This document shows, one piece after another, positions 47,816-57,372 of a stretch of 64,000 bases of DNA (positions are counted from its first letter, which is position 1; every line of letters begins with the position of its first letter). Source of the stretch: a virus (Duplodnaviria > Heunggongvirae > Uroviricota > Caudoviricetes); IMG/VR virus record IMGVR_UViG_3300028800_000057; one strand, 5' to 3'. The notes beneath the pieces are model-generated. The model was not told the origin of the DNA and searched no databases. It saw only the letters and a program-made list of their open reading frames with translations. Position numbers and translations under genes: made by a program.

Positions 47816-48160
47816 ATGTTGTCTTCCATGGAAACTACTACCCCGCAGAAACTTTACCTTGTAACTCGTGAGGATCTATCACCTGCTCAACAAGCTGTCC
47901 AGGCTGCACATGCCCTGACTGAGTACCTAATGCAGCATAAAGAAGGTGCTTTGAGTTGGCACTCAAGCTCAAATACCCTGGCTTTACTGTCAGTTCCGAC
48001 TGAGGAGAGTTTGAGCGCCTTGGCCCACAAAGCTAGACGTAAAGGGTTTATGATCTCGGAGTTTAGAGAGCCAGACAGACTTGACGAATTGACTGCGGTG
48101 GCCTTCGAACCGAAAGCCAAACCACTTTTGCGTAACATTCAATTGGCTCTTAGGCTATAG
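47816..48160 (+). CDS. PTH2-like (peptidyl-tRNA hydrolase type 2 fold) protein
   Basis: KLYLVTREDLSPAQQAVQAAHA resembles Pth2 K.v.VVR.DL.M.KGK.AAQ..HA. Confidence 0.4.
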   Translation: MLSSMETTTPQKLYLVTREDLSPAQQAVQAAHALTEYLMQHKEGALSWHSSSNTLALLSVPTEESLSALAHKARRKGFMISEFREPDRLDELTAVAFEPKAKPLLRNIQLALRL

Positions 48161-48358
48161 TTGAGTATGACGGTGACCAATTGCAAACAGAGTCTCTACT
48201 TCCCTGTGGATATGTACCACGAGGTTCGTGAGGAGGCTGTACGCCTTGATCGATCCGTCTCGTGGGTTGTCGTTCAAGCCTGGAGGATAGCGAGATCAAA
48301 GATCAAGAATCTTCCCGGTGTAACTGATCCACCTGATAGTGATACCAAGCTTCCGTAG
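48161..48358 (+). CDS. hypothetical small protein; its stop codon lies inside the tRNA 5' arm
   Basis: ORF. Confidence 0.3.
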   Translation: MSMTVTNCKQSLYFPVDMYHEVREEAVRLDRSVSWVVVQAWRIARSKIKNLPGVTDPPDSDTKLP

Positions 48359-48420
48359 CTCAGCGGTAGAGCAGTGAATTCTAACCTCATTGGTCGTGGG
48401 TTCGAACCCCTCCGGAAGCG
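48349..48420 (+). tRNA. tRNA-like cloverleaf with anticodon CUA (amber-suppressor type); 7-bp acceptor, D-arm GCTC/GAGC, T-loop TTCGAAC; one mismatch each in anticodon and T stems
   Basis: manual fold: loop TT-CTA-AC with U33 and A37. Confidence 0.55.
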
Positions 48421-48421
48421 C

Positions 48422-49342
48422 TCAGAGTTTCCACATGACCGTTGTATTTGGGCCTACCCCAATATGGTTATCTAAGTTGTGCAGGTGATCCATTCTCTCC
48501 AGTGAGAGCTTGAACTTCTTAGGGATAGCTTCGAACCCATAGTAGGAGCCGGCCATTGCTCCGGCGATAGCAGCTGTCGTGTCTGTGTCCCCACCCGCTC
48601 TGATGGCGGCCATGACAGCATCCTCGTATGAATCAGTGAGCATGAAGGCGGCTGCCGCTGAGGGTACCGTTTGGGTTACATGAGACTTGGTTCCAAAGAC
48701 ACTGAATGCCTCCGGTAGGGAAAGTCGGTCTTTGGTCTTTCCGAGTATGATGAGCTTGTCTTTGATCTTGGAGTTGCTCAGAAAATCCAAGGTAGCTTCA
48801 ATAAGATCAAACTTTGGTACCCCCTGCCAGATGAAAGCAACCATCAAGGCAACTGCTGCTGAACCCTCTCGAGCTTCCACTGACTTATGGGTGATCCTAG
48901 ACTCCATCCTTGCAAACTCGGATACCGTCAGCGGATCATCATGGTAAAATGCTCCCATGGGGGCCGCCCGCATTGCGGTACCATTGCCTTCGGCGCCATC
49001 AATCCCACTATCTGTCCAGCGAAAACCCTCCTTCAAGCGTTGAAGTGAGGCTTTGGTGGTCTTACCCATCCCCCGAGTATCCCCGGCGATGTACCAGTGG
49101 AGATACCGGTTGGCGACATCGCGCGGGTAAAAACCCCCACAGATGTACAGGGATTCTGTAAGCATCTTCGCCATCATAGTATCATCAGTCCATTGGCCAG
49201 GGGTGAGCTGATGATACTCACTTGGCAAGTAGTCTCCCCTCCAACTTAGGAGCATAGGATCGCTCGCAAGCCGTGTTTCGAAGGGCATTCCAAGAGCATC
49301 TGCCACAGCCTCACCTACTAGAGGTGCCGGATCACTAACCAT
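48422..49342 (-). CDS. ADP-ribosylglycohydrolase (ARH/DraG family)
   Basis: VADALGMPFE ... QWTDDTMM ... GGDTDTTAAIAGA. Confidence 0.8.
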   Translation of the reverse strand: MVSDPAPLVGEAVADALGMPFETRLASDPMLLSWRGDYLPSEYHQLTPGQWTDDTMMAKMLTESLYICGGFYPRDVANRYLHWYIAGDTRGMGKTTKASLQRLKEGFRWTDSGIDGAEGNGTAMRAAPMGAFYHDDPLTVSEFARMESRITHKSVEAREGSAAVALMVAFIWQGVPKFDLIEATLDFLSNSKIKDKLIILGKTKDRLSLPEAFSVFGTKSHVTQTVPSAAAAFMLTDSYEDAVMAAIRAGGDTDTTAAIAGAMAGSYYGFEAIPKKFKLSLERMDHLHNLDNHIGVGPNTTVMWKL

Positions 49343-49348
49343 GTATTG

Positions 49349-49425
49349 TCACTACACCAAGGGGACATGAAGTCCCCTCAGAGACTTCATGTCGATTTCA
49401 CTTGAAGATTAAAACTAGCTGGTGT
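49349..49425. ncRNA. candidate structured RNA between divergent ARH and Ro60 genes: 11-bp hairpin GACATGAAGTC/GACTTCATGTC enclosed by outer pairing CTACACCA/TGGTGTAG
   Basis: direct inspection of nested complementarity; function inferred from Ro60 adjacency. Confidence 0.3.
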
Positions 49426-49480
49426 AGATAGGTGAGTTCCTCATATCGAGGGGCAACTTGTCCAGTCCGTTAGGACTGGA

Positions 49481-51118
49481 ATGCTAGAAATGGAGGCCAC
49501 CGTGGCCAAGAATAATATCGTCGGTTTGAACCCGAATGCGAGCAATTATGCTGGTGGGGATGCGTATGCTATGGCGCCGGAGAATGCCCTGGCACAACTA
49601 GCTGTAACTGGTTGTTTTAACAGTACCTTCTATACAACTGCTGAGTCACAGGCAGAGCAGGTTCTCGACCTAGTCGGGAAGTCTGATCCTGAGTTCGTGG
49701 CTAAGCTAGCGGTTTATGCCCATACGACTGGGTACATGAAGGACATGCCGGCGGCCCTCCTGGCCAACTTAGCTGTTCGTAACCCTGAGCTCTGCGTGAA
49801 GGTCTTCCCGCGCGTAGTCAGCAACGGTAAGATGTTGCGCAACTTTGCTCAGATCATTCGGTCTGGGAAGTTTGGTAAGAGGAACGCTTCCTCGCACCGG
49901 CTGCGAAAGGTCATTGCCCAGTGGTTCGACTCTAGGACTGACGACCAAATATTCTTCAACTCGGTCGGTAACAACCCGACCTTGGGTGACGTGGTGAAGG
50001 TGGCTCGGGTGCGCCCGACGTCTAGGACCAGGTCTGCTCTCTATGCTCACCTGGCGGGCAAGGATAAGGGTTTCTTCGACGGTGAGGACTTCGTTACGGC
50101 TGAGTCTCTCCCGGCGCTAGTAGCGGCTTATGAAGCCTTCCGGGTGTCCCCGGTGGGTGAGGTTCCTAATGCACCCTTCGAGATGCTATTGGGACTTAAG
50201 TTGAGTCTTGATGATTGGAAGGCGGTAGCCGCCAAGGCAACTTGGCCTCAGACCTTCAAGAATCTCAATACGTTCGCTCGTCACGGAGTTCTTGCGGACC
50301 CTGAGATGGTCAACTTGATTGCAGCCAAACTACATAACAAGGATCTGATCGAAAAGGCTCACGTCTTTCCATACCAGATCATGATGACCTACAAGGCGGT
50401 TACGGATCGGAGCATCACCTTCCGTGGTTCAAAGCCCAATGATGACGACTTTGAACAGATGCCGAACAAGATCATTGTAGCTCTTGAGGAAGCTCTTGAA
50501 CTAGCTACAATGAACGTTCCTGCCTTCGATGGGCAGAACGTAGTCATCTGTGTCGACGTGTCTGGGTCGATGTCCACAAGCCCTGTAACTGGTTCTCGAA
50601 AGGGTTCCACTACAAAGGTCATGAGCATCGATGTGGGTTCGTTGATTGGTTCGTCCATCCTCAGAAGGAACCCGCGGGCTAGACTCATCGCCTTCGAGGG
50701 TCGAGTAGTCCCGGTCAAGGTGCATGCTGGCAACAGTGTCATGCAGAATACCAAGATCTTAGCCTCCGTTGGTGGTGGTTCAACTGATTGTGCTAAACCT
50801 TTGGCTTTGCTCAATGCAGAGGCCGCCAAGGTTGACGTGGTCATCTTCGTCTCGGATTACGAGTCTTGGACTGGTAATCATGGGATCACAGGGGCGACTC
50901 AAATGCAAGGGCAATGGGACTTACTGAAGTGTAGGAACCCCAATGCCAAGTTGGTCTGCTTGGATCTCGCACCTCACAACACGAATCAGGTTGTAAGCCG
51001 ATCTGATACTTTTGGTATCGGTGGGTTCTCTGATCAGGTTTTCAGCATGATCAGTGATTTTGTCACTGGTTCCGGCAAGAACCAGTGGGTAGACATCATC
51101 AATCAAGTTGAACTCTGA
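49481..51118 (+). CDS. Ro60/Rsr-like TROVE-domain protein with C-terminal vWA (MIDAS DVSGSM)
   Basis: NYAGGDAYAM..LAQLAVTGCFNSTFYT ... KVFPRVVSNGKMLRNF TROVE-like; VVICVDVSGSMS vWA. Confidence 0.7.
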   Translation: MLEMEATVAKNNIVGLNPNASNYAGGDAYAMAPENALAQLAVTGCFNSTFYTTAESQAEQVLDLVGKSDPEFVAKLAVYAHTTGYMKDMPAALLANLAVRNPELCVKVFPRVVSNGKMLRNFAQIIRSGKFGKRNASSHRLRKVIAQWFDSRTDDQIFFNSVGNNPTLGDVVKVARVRPTSRTRSALYAHLAGKDKGFFDGEDFVTAESLPALVAAYEAFRVSPVGEVPNAPFEMLLGLKLSLDDWKAVAAKATWPQTFKNLNTFARHGVLADPEMVNLIAAKLHNKDLIEKAHVFPYQIMMTYKAVTDRSITFRGSKPNDDDFEQMPNKIIVALEEALELATMNVPAFDGQNVVICVDVSGSMSTSPVTGSRKGSTTKVMSIDVGSLIGSSILRRNPRARLIAFEGRVVPVKVHAGNSVMQNTKILASVGGGSTDCAKPLALLNAEAAKVDVVIFVSDYESWTGNHGITGATQMQGQWDLLKCRNPNAKLVCLDLAPHNTNQVVSRSDTFGIGGFSDQVFSMISDFVTGSGKNQWVDIINQVEL

Positions 51119-51140
51119 GTAACCAAGTATAGTTAGTTGA

Positions 51141-51707
51141 TTGCAAAGGGCACTGCGGATTTACTTCTGCGGTGTCCTTTGTGTAATGTCCTTCACCCCA
51201 GAGACCTTGATCGGCAGTTTGATTACTGCCGTCTTATCCGGTGGCGGTACCGCGTTCACTACTGTCTTCGCTCTTTTCAAGGACATTCGAAAGAAGGTCG
51301 AGGAACTTGAGAAGAAGGTTGGTTCTTTTGAATCTAAAACCGGACTTGCTTACGCAATAGTCAGGCTAGAGGAGACCATCAAGGATGTCAAACGAGACAC
51401 TGAGGAGACAACCGACGCTCGTAGGCGTCGCCCGTCCTTCCTCAGCTTTGATGATATGCTTGAGGCTGATACGACAGCCCTACCTTCCCTAATCCATCGT
51501 ATTAAGAACTTTGAAGTCAAGGTGAGGGAGATTGAAGAGAGCCTTCAACGACTTGACATGAGGGTCAAGCGCATGGTTATGGAGGAGGAATTCGAAGCTG
51601 CTGATCGTAAGCGTGCCGAGGAAATAGCGGGAGTTAGAACTACTGTGTTTGAGGTCAAAGGGCTCCTCCAAGGCTTGCACATGGCATTAGGCCTCACTAA
51701 GAGATAA
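51141..51707 (+). CDS. membrane-anchored coiled-coil protein
   Basis: N-terminal TM, helical remainder. Confidence 0.45.
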   Translation: MQRALRIYFCGVLCVMSFTPETLIGSLITAVLSGGGTAFTTVFALFKDIRKKVEELEKKVGSFESKTGLAYAIVRLEETIKDVKRDTEETTDARRRRPSFLSFDDMLEADTTALPSLIHRIKNFEVKVREIEESLQRLDMRVKRMVMEEEFEAADRKRAEEIAGVRTTVFEVKGLLQGLHMALGLTKR

Positions 51708-51709
51708 CC

Positions 51710-51955
51710 ATGGATCGGCCCCACCCAAAGATCTTCAGGCACCAGTCTGGGCTCATGCAATCAGTCAAGGCTGAGTTGGATGGGGTTCTTGAGGCTACGA
51801 TAGCCGTGGTGGAAAAGGTTAAGAGTGACCCACCTCCAAAGGAGTCACTGCATCCCGTTGATCCTGGTCTCTACAAGTTGACTTCAGCGGATAGTGGAGA
51901 GCACCCAGGATTGATTGAGACAGTTGTAATCCCGAACAAGAGGAAGAAGACCTAA
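51710..51955 (+). CDS. hypothetical small protein
   Basis: ORF. Confidence 0.35.
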   Translation: MDRPHPKIFRHQSGLMQSVKAELDGVLEATIAVVEKVKSDPPPKESLHPVDPGLYKLTSADSGEHPGLIETVVIPNKRKKT

Positions 51956-51958
51956 GTA

Positions 51959-53797
51959 CTATCGAAGTGGGCCATCCCCTGCAAGACCGCTCGGGATACC
52001 TGCCACACTAATGGTAGCATCCACTGTCCCTGAGGAGATCAGGATGCGCGAGATATTGTTGCTACCCTTGTTGTTCACATACATGTGGTCCGCACCGTCC
52101 CAGGCAACCTCGTCTGGAGTTGTCCCGACACTGATAGTTGAGTCAACTGTCCCTGAAGAGATCTCTATGAGTGATACAGTTCCGTCACCGGAATTAGTGA
52201 CATACATGTGGTCCGCCCCATCCCACGCTATTTTATTCGGGCTACTCCCTACGAAGATCATAGCATCGACATTGTTACTCGTCAGACTGATTCGGATTAC
52301 TTGATTGGATAACGAGCTAACCACATACATGTGGTCCGCACCGTCCCAAGCAACTCCCTTAAAGTCGTTTAATAGAGGGATAGTCAGGTTGACTGTTGCG
52401 GTTGTAGTGTCCACGCTAGACACTGTTCCATCGCTACTATTGACCGCAAACATGTGGGACACACCGTCCCAAGCGATAGCACGAGGGGAGTTCCCAAGTG
52501 TAATTGCGGATCCAAGTAGAGCGCCTGTTGCGATCTGGATCCTATGAGCAGTGTTCCCACCACGACCAACAACATACATGTATGAGCCACCATCCCATTC
52601 AATTCCGAATGGGTTAGTTTCAGCACTGCTTATGGTAGTAGTACTCAGATCTGCTATTGCTATCCTGGTAACTGTGTTGTCGTTCTGACTAGCGACATAC
52701 ATGTAGAGTCCACCGTCCCATGCAATATCAACCGGTTCACTACCAACACTAATGAGATCACTTACTACTCCAGAAGAGATTAGAATCCTCCTAGCTACGT
52801 TTGTACTATCCATGGATACGTACATGTAGAGGCCGCCATCCCAAGCAACCCCAGTTGGAAATCCTGACCCCAGGGAGATGGTCGCATCGACAGCTCCGCT
52901 CGAGATCAGGATTCTAGATACAGTGTTGGTGCCATTGTTAGTGACATACATGTGGGCCCCTCCGTCCCACGCAACCCTATATGGATTAGAACCAACAGGG
53001 ATGATCAGATCAACAACTCCTGTTGAGATCAGGATCCTGTAGACTGAACCATCCTGGTCCACTGTGTACATGTGGGCCCCACCATCCCACGCGATATCAA
53101 TTGGAGATATCCCAACAGGGATGACTAAGTCAATAACTCCAGTAGAAGCAATGATTCTAGAGACCGTCCCTTGCCCAAAGTTTGCTGTGTAGATGTGACC
53201 AGACCCGTCTCGTGCAACGCCCCATGAATTAGGGGCATTCATCAGATGTACTGACGAATAACTAGGCCAAGTATCTACTGATACTTCCAGAATCTTGTTC
53301 GTGTTTGGGTTAGTATTGTTGGCAGTTACCCACATATTGAAGCTGCCATCCCAAGCCACCTTGTTGGGAACACCGTCACTACTACTGAAGTTGATGTTAG
53401 AGTCTACAACCCCCGAGACAATTGCAATTCGAGTAATCGTGTTTTCATTGTCAACCACGTACACGAAGCTAGTATCCCTAGCTAGCGCAATCGGTTGAGA
53501 TCCAATGTTAGTAGTACTATCTAGTGCAAGACTGGATATCCTAACTCTTTGAACTGAATCCCCATCAACCTCAGCCAAGTACATATAGGATCCACCATCC
53601 CATACTATCGCTTGGGGGTTGTCACCAGCGGTAACGGTGCTGTCAATAGCCCCGGTAGCTATGTTGACGCGCGGTACTAGATTTGCTGAGCCAAGAGGGA
53701 CCCACATGTGCCCCCCAATAAGTGGGCGCTTGCCTAAGGCCCACTCGGGGGCTCGTGCAATGGTTCTCATTAGAGTGCCCTCACGTACTCGAACCAA
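51959..53797 (-). CDS. YVTN/NHL-type beta-propeller repeat protein (about 14 x AWDG..HMYV repeats), likely receptor-binding/tail-associated
   Basis: regular about 40-aa repeats. Confidence 0.6.
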   Translation of the reverse strand: MVRVREGTLMRTIARAPEWALGKRPLIGGHMWVPLGSANLVPRVNIATGAIDSTVTAGDNPQAIVWDGGSYMYLAEVDGDSVQRVRISSLALDSTTNIGSQPIALARDTSFVYVVDNENTITRIAIVSGVVDSNINFSSSDGVPNKVAWDGSFNMWVTANNTNPNTNKILEVSVDTWPSYSSVHLMNAPNSWGVARDGSGHIYTANFGQGTVSRIIASTGVIDLVIPVGISPIDIAWDGGAHMYTVDQDGSVYRILISTGVVDLIIPVGSNPYRVAWDGGAHMYVTNNGTNTVSRILISSGAVDATISLGSGFPTGVAWDGGLYMYVSMDSTNVARRILISSGVVSDLISVGSEPVDIAWDGGLYMYVASQNDNTVTRIAIADLSTTTISSAETNPFGIEWDGGSYMYVVGRGGNTAHRIQIATGALLGSAITLGNSPRAIAWDGVSHMFAVNSSDGTVSSVDTTTATVNLTIPLLNDFKGVAWDGADHMYVVSSLSNQVIRISLTSNNVDAMIFVGSSPNKIAWDGADHMYVTNSGDGTVSLIEISSGTVDSTISVGTTPDEVAWDGADHMYVNNKGSNNISRILISSGTVDATISVAGIPSGLAGDGPLR

Positions 53798-55176
53798 GCT
53801 CGAACCCTAAAGCTGTAGTGATTACCGGATGCTTGCTGACCCACCTGGAGTTGCACCGAGTTCCCATTAATCACCTGTCTGAAGTAGGTGGCTGAGGTAA
53901 GAGATCGACTATCATCAGACAGAGATAGGGTTCCTCCGGCGCGGTGATAGGTGACCACCCCACGCTCCCTCTGGAGGTTATCCCCAGTACCTGTATTAGT
54001 AGCAATGTTGTCAGTTACTACAAGCAAGTCGTATCCATCTGCTGGTGGACCTACAATAGTGTCGATAATATGCCAGGTTACCCCGCCGCCAGTACCATTA
54101 TAGGTGGTGAGTGGTGGCGCGATATCAGGACCAAGTTCACACTTCCAAACCTGGTTATGGAAAGAAGCTACGGGTGCTGGATCCGCTACAGCTGTCTGCC
54201 TAAACGTTTTTCCAGCATAAACGCTACCTTCTCTAACATAAACCTGAAACCCTGTAGTCATCCAGGGAATAAATGGGTAAGGTACTAAACTACCACCAAT
54301 ATACCAGTAAATAGTGTTTGACCCTAACGACCCTCTAGATAGTAACACTAGATCAGCGTTACTAAGAGTTACCCCATCAAAGTGTGATGGATTACCTGGA
54401 TCAGGGGAGGCAACTAAGGAGACTGCTTTGACCGTCATCCTATCGGTCATTATCCCAAGTGGGTTACCTGAACCAAGTGAAGCGTCAAAGAAAAGCCCAA
54501 AGTTTTGGTATGGAAAGATCTCACTGGGTTGTAGTTCATCAGTCCCCGTGTTACCAACTGCAGACCAAGTCCCTGCCGGGCTTATAGGTAGGTTGAGCTC
54601 ACTTGAAGTCAGGGTTGGGGTGTTGAAGGTAGTAGTACCAGTAATATTGAGCTTTGTGAAATTTCCAATCGAACCCCCATCAATAAACGCCTCTACACTC
54701 GAGCCGCCACCACCCCCGCCACGCTTGATGAATTGATTGAGGGTCCTAGCCCAACCAAAGACCGGATCATTCTCGAAGCGTTCTCCTAGGGCGCCTACAC
54801 GAAATGAGCTAGCTGTCAGGGTATAGATCCCAAACGTCGTCGTGTATGCCGGACCCCCGTTGTTGGCTATGGACTGGAAGATGTAGGCTCGACCAGCTAC
54901 CCCTGCAGGAACCGTGAAGGTTACCGTGCTACCGGGGGTCGAGACGATACCTGTTATGGGGTCTACGTTAGCGAGGACTGGGACAACAGTATCCTCATCA
55001 GTACCTACTACCCTGAGAGTCCACTGCCCAACGCTATCAGCACTTACTAGCGTGATGGATATCGTGTTGCCTGGAGTGACGTTTACTCCAGCTGGGTAGT
55101 TCGGATCTCCTGTGTGATCAGGGTTGATTAGCGGACCAGTGCCATCTTGAACTAGAACGTGCGGAGACGCAGCCAT
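53770..55176 (-). CDS. hypothetical large structural (fibre/baseplate-like) protein
   Basis: ORF, Gly/Thr-rich. Confidence 0.45.
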   Translation of the reverse strand: MAASPHVLVQDGTGPLINPDHTGDPNYPAGVNVTPGNTISITLVSADSVGQWTLRVVGTDEDTVVPVLANVDPITGIVSTPGSTVTFTVPAGVAGRAYIFQSIANNGGPAYTTTFGIYTLTASSFRVGALGERFENDPVFGWARTLNQFIKRGGGGGGSSVEAFIDGGSIGNFTKLNITGTTTFNTPTLTSSELNLPISPAGTWSAVGNTGTDELQPSEIFPYQNFGLFFDASLGSGNPLGIMTDRMTVKAVSLVASPDPGNPSHFDGVTLSNADLVLLSRGSLGSNTIYWYIGGSLVPYPFIPWMTTGFQVYVREGSVYAGKTFRQTAVADPAPVASFHNQVWKCELGPDIAPPLTTYNGTGGGVTWHIIDTIVGPPADGYDLLVVTDNIATNTGTGDNLQRERGVVTYHRAGGTLSLSDDSRSLTSATYFRQVINGNSVQLQVGQQASGNHYSFRVRAWFEYVRAL

Positions 55177-55483
55177 ACCATGACTGCCGTATGAGTGCTC
55201 TATCAGCGCCCATACCTCAGGACTCCCAATAAAGTTTTGACGTACTAGCTATGGTAGTAACCAATGAAGCTCAGTGCGTACTTCAACCTTGGAGATGTTA
55301 TTCTCTATGGCCGATGGAAAAACCACCGTGGTCGCGTTGTCTCATTCGGGCAAGACAAGCACGGAAACCCAACCATTGAGATTGAACCGATCCCCAAGGG
55401 ACGGAAGCAAAACAAGGTGATGGGGCTCTACAAGATCTGGCATGAGCACAAGGACCCTGTGGTAGCTGCAGAGCACCAACTAG

Positions 55484-56134
55484 TTAGAAATGTTTGCGCC
55501 CGTTTTTCTGGTGATGATGAGGTTTAGCCTCTCGCTTGTGTTGTCTAGACTTGGCCAGAATGTTCTTCCGAACCGTCATCATGTCGAGGGTTGATATCGC
55601 CCCCTGAATGGTCTTACCGTCCAAGTGATCCATCTCGTGTTGAATCGCTTTGGCAAAGAAGTCCTCAGCCTCGATTTCAGTGGGGAATCCCTCACCATCT
55701 AAGTACTTCACCTTGATGGTCTCGTAGCGAGGCATCTTTGCGCTACCACCGGGGAAGGACAGACAGCCCTCCCGGCTCATGACCGGTTCTTTTCCTTCGG
55801 GTAGGACCAACTCTGGGTTGATGAAGATATGAGGGTCAGAACGTTCCAAGTCCTCTGGCCACCGGACGTCGACCACGAACATTCGGATGCTCTTCCCAAC
55901 CTGGGGGGCCGCTAGACCTACCCCACCCTCTAACATCATGGTCAAGAGCATGTCTCGCGCCAGCTGCTTGATCTCCTCAGTGACCTCTTCTACGGGAACA
56001 CAGACCTGATTGAGGATATCGCTAGGGTAGTAGACCATCTTCAGCGGGCTAATTCCGGTGATCTCCTCAGATCCTTTAGCAGATTCCTGTTCTAGAGCAT
56101 TTGAGTAGGCAATGGCTATGTGATCTCGTATCAT
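55484..56134 (-). CDS. def: peptide deformylase
   Basis: GVGLAAPQVG, EGCLSFPG, QHEMDHLDG. Confidence 0.85.
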   Translation of the reverse strand: MIRDHIAIAYSNALEQESAKGSEEITGISPLKMVYYPSDILNQVCVPVEEVTEEIKQLARDMLLTMMLEGGVGLAAPQVGKSIRMFVVDVRWPEDLERSDPHIFINPELVLPEGKEPVMSREGCLSFPGGSAKMPRYETIKVKYLDGEGFPTEIEAEDFFAKAIQHEMDHLDGKTIQGAISTLDMMTVRKNILAKSRQHKREAKPHHHQKNGRKHF

Positions 56135-56727
56135 TTGTCACCAAACTGTTCGTAAGCACGTGACGCTACCGCGCCTTTGGCATTATCACCTTGATAATGC
56201 CCCTTGTAAAGATCAACTTCACCACGAATGGTGAAAAATCGTATTTGACAGATTCTCATCCCTGGGTATAACCTGATAGGATAGGTGGCTAGTACTTCGA
56301 GTGTGTACTGACCATAGAAACCAGGGTCCCCGAGACCGGCGGTTACATGAACCAGCACAAATAGCCGTCCTATGCTTGACTTACCGTCAATTGCTGGGAC
56401 ATACTTGTTGGTTCCGACACTCTCTCTAGTGTGCATCAGGTATCCGATGCCAGGTTTGAGTATGAACCCCTCAGGACCCATCTTGAAGGAGTTCGTTGGG
56501 TTGTCCACCTTGGGGTCCAAGTAACTACCGCTCTTCCAGACCTTATTGTACACTGTGATTCCATCGCCAAGTGTGAGGTCATAGGAGGCTGGGTTTAATT
56601 GAGAAACCTCGAACGGACTTATGTCGATCTCACCGAGATGAGTCTCCATTTCAATCTCTTTCCCCGACAGAATACCTTGTTGCATAGGATTCAAGTACAC
56701 CGATTTAATGGGGTGTGTAACCGGCAT
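56131..56727 (-). CDS. dcd: dCTP deaminase
   Basis: IDGKSSIGRLFVLVHVTAGLGDPGF..TLEV...P..L.PGMRICQI. Confidence 0.8.
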   Translation of the reverse strand: MPVTHPIKSVYLNPMQQGILSGKEIEMETHLGEIDISPFEVSQLNPASYDLTLGDGITVYNKVWKSGSYLDPKVDNPTNSFKMGPEGFILKPGIGYLMHTRESVGTNKYVPAIDGKSSIGRLFVLVHVTAGLGDPGFYGQYTLEVLATYPIRLYPGMRICQIRFFTIRGEVDLYKGHYQGDNAKGAVASRAYEQFGDK

Positions 56728-56761
56728 TTAAGAGACCCAGTTACAAACATCTGGTTGATTG

Positions 56762-57079
56762 TTAGGACAGTGGGGTTGGTTCGACGATGCCAGCCTCGAG
56801 CAAGACCTTGATGAAGAGGTTGCAGAGGATCTCGTCAGTGGCTTGCCAGGGTAGCTCTATGGTGAAGTTGCGCGTCGCGGCTATATGCCTCACGAGGTAC
56901 TCCAAAGACTCTCGTACGGTCAACGGGGGGTCTCTGGATACCATTTCCAAGACCATCTCGGATGGCGTACCTCGGCAAATGAGAAGGCTGTGATTCCTGA
57001 AGTAGACTGAACGTGGCAGCTTCTCGGTACCGGTGGCGAAGCTAGGGGTGTCGCTCATAGCACCTTGGTGGGTCCGCAA
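56762..57079 (-). CDS. hypothetical protein
   Basis: ORF. Confidence 0.4.
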   Translation of the reverse strand: MRTHQGAMSDTPSFATGTEKLPRSVYFRNHSLLICRGTPSEMVLEMVSRDPPLTVRESLEYLVRHIAATRNFTIELPWQATDEILCNLFIKVLLEAGIVEPTPLS

Positions 57080-57372
57080 TGGGTTGGAGCTAGCTTCTTA
57101 GGGGTAGACTTGACTGCCACCCATGCTGGGGCAAGTCCAATTGAGGAAACTGTTACTACCTGCTTGGTAGTTCCACGTGTAAGATCAGAAACTACTGAGG
57201 TGACTTGGAACTCACCGTTCACTTTTAGCTCTTCGGTGCGCCCCCGGTTCACTCGACTCAGTGTGAATGCGATCTTAATCTTACTGCCGATTGGTATTGG
57301 CTCAGGAAGATCCATGCGCACCTCAGGTGACTGCTTCATATCGCTGAATTTAACGATGCTTGCTCGGTTCAT
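57055..57372 (-). CDS. hypothetical protein
   Basis: ORF. Confidence 0.4.
   Translation of the reverse strand: MNRASIVKFSDMKQSPEVRMDLPEPIPIGSKIKIAFTLSRVNRGRTEELKVNGEFQVTSVVSDLTRGTTKQVVTVSSIGLAPAWVAVKSTPKKLAPTHCGPTKVL

Noticed and set aside
48161-48358. Treating the tRNA as an artefact because an ORF stop codon lies within it
   Set aside because: The cloverleaf is complete with a canonical T-loop and acceptor stem. The small ORF is the weaker call.
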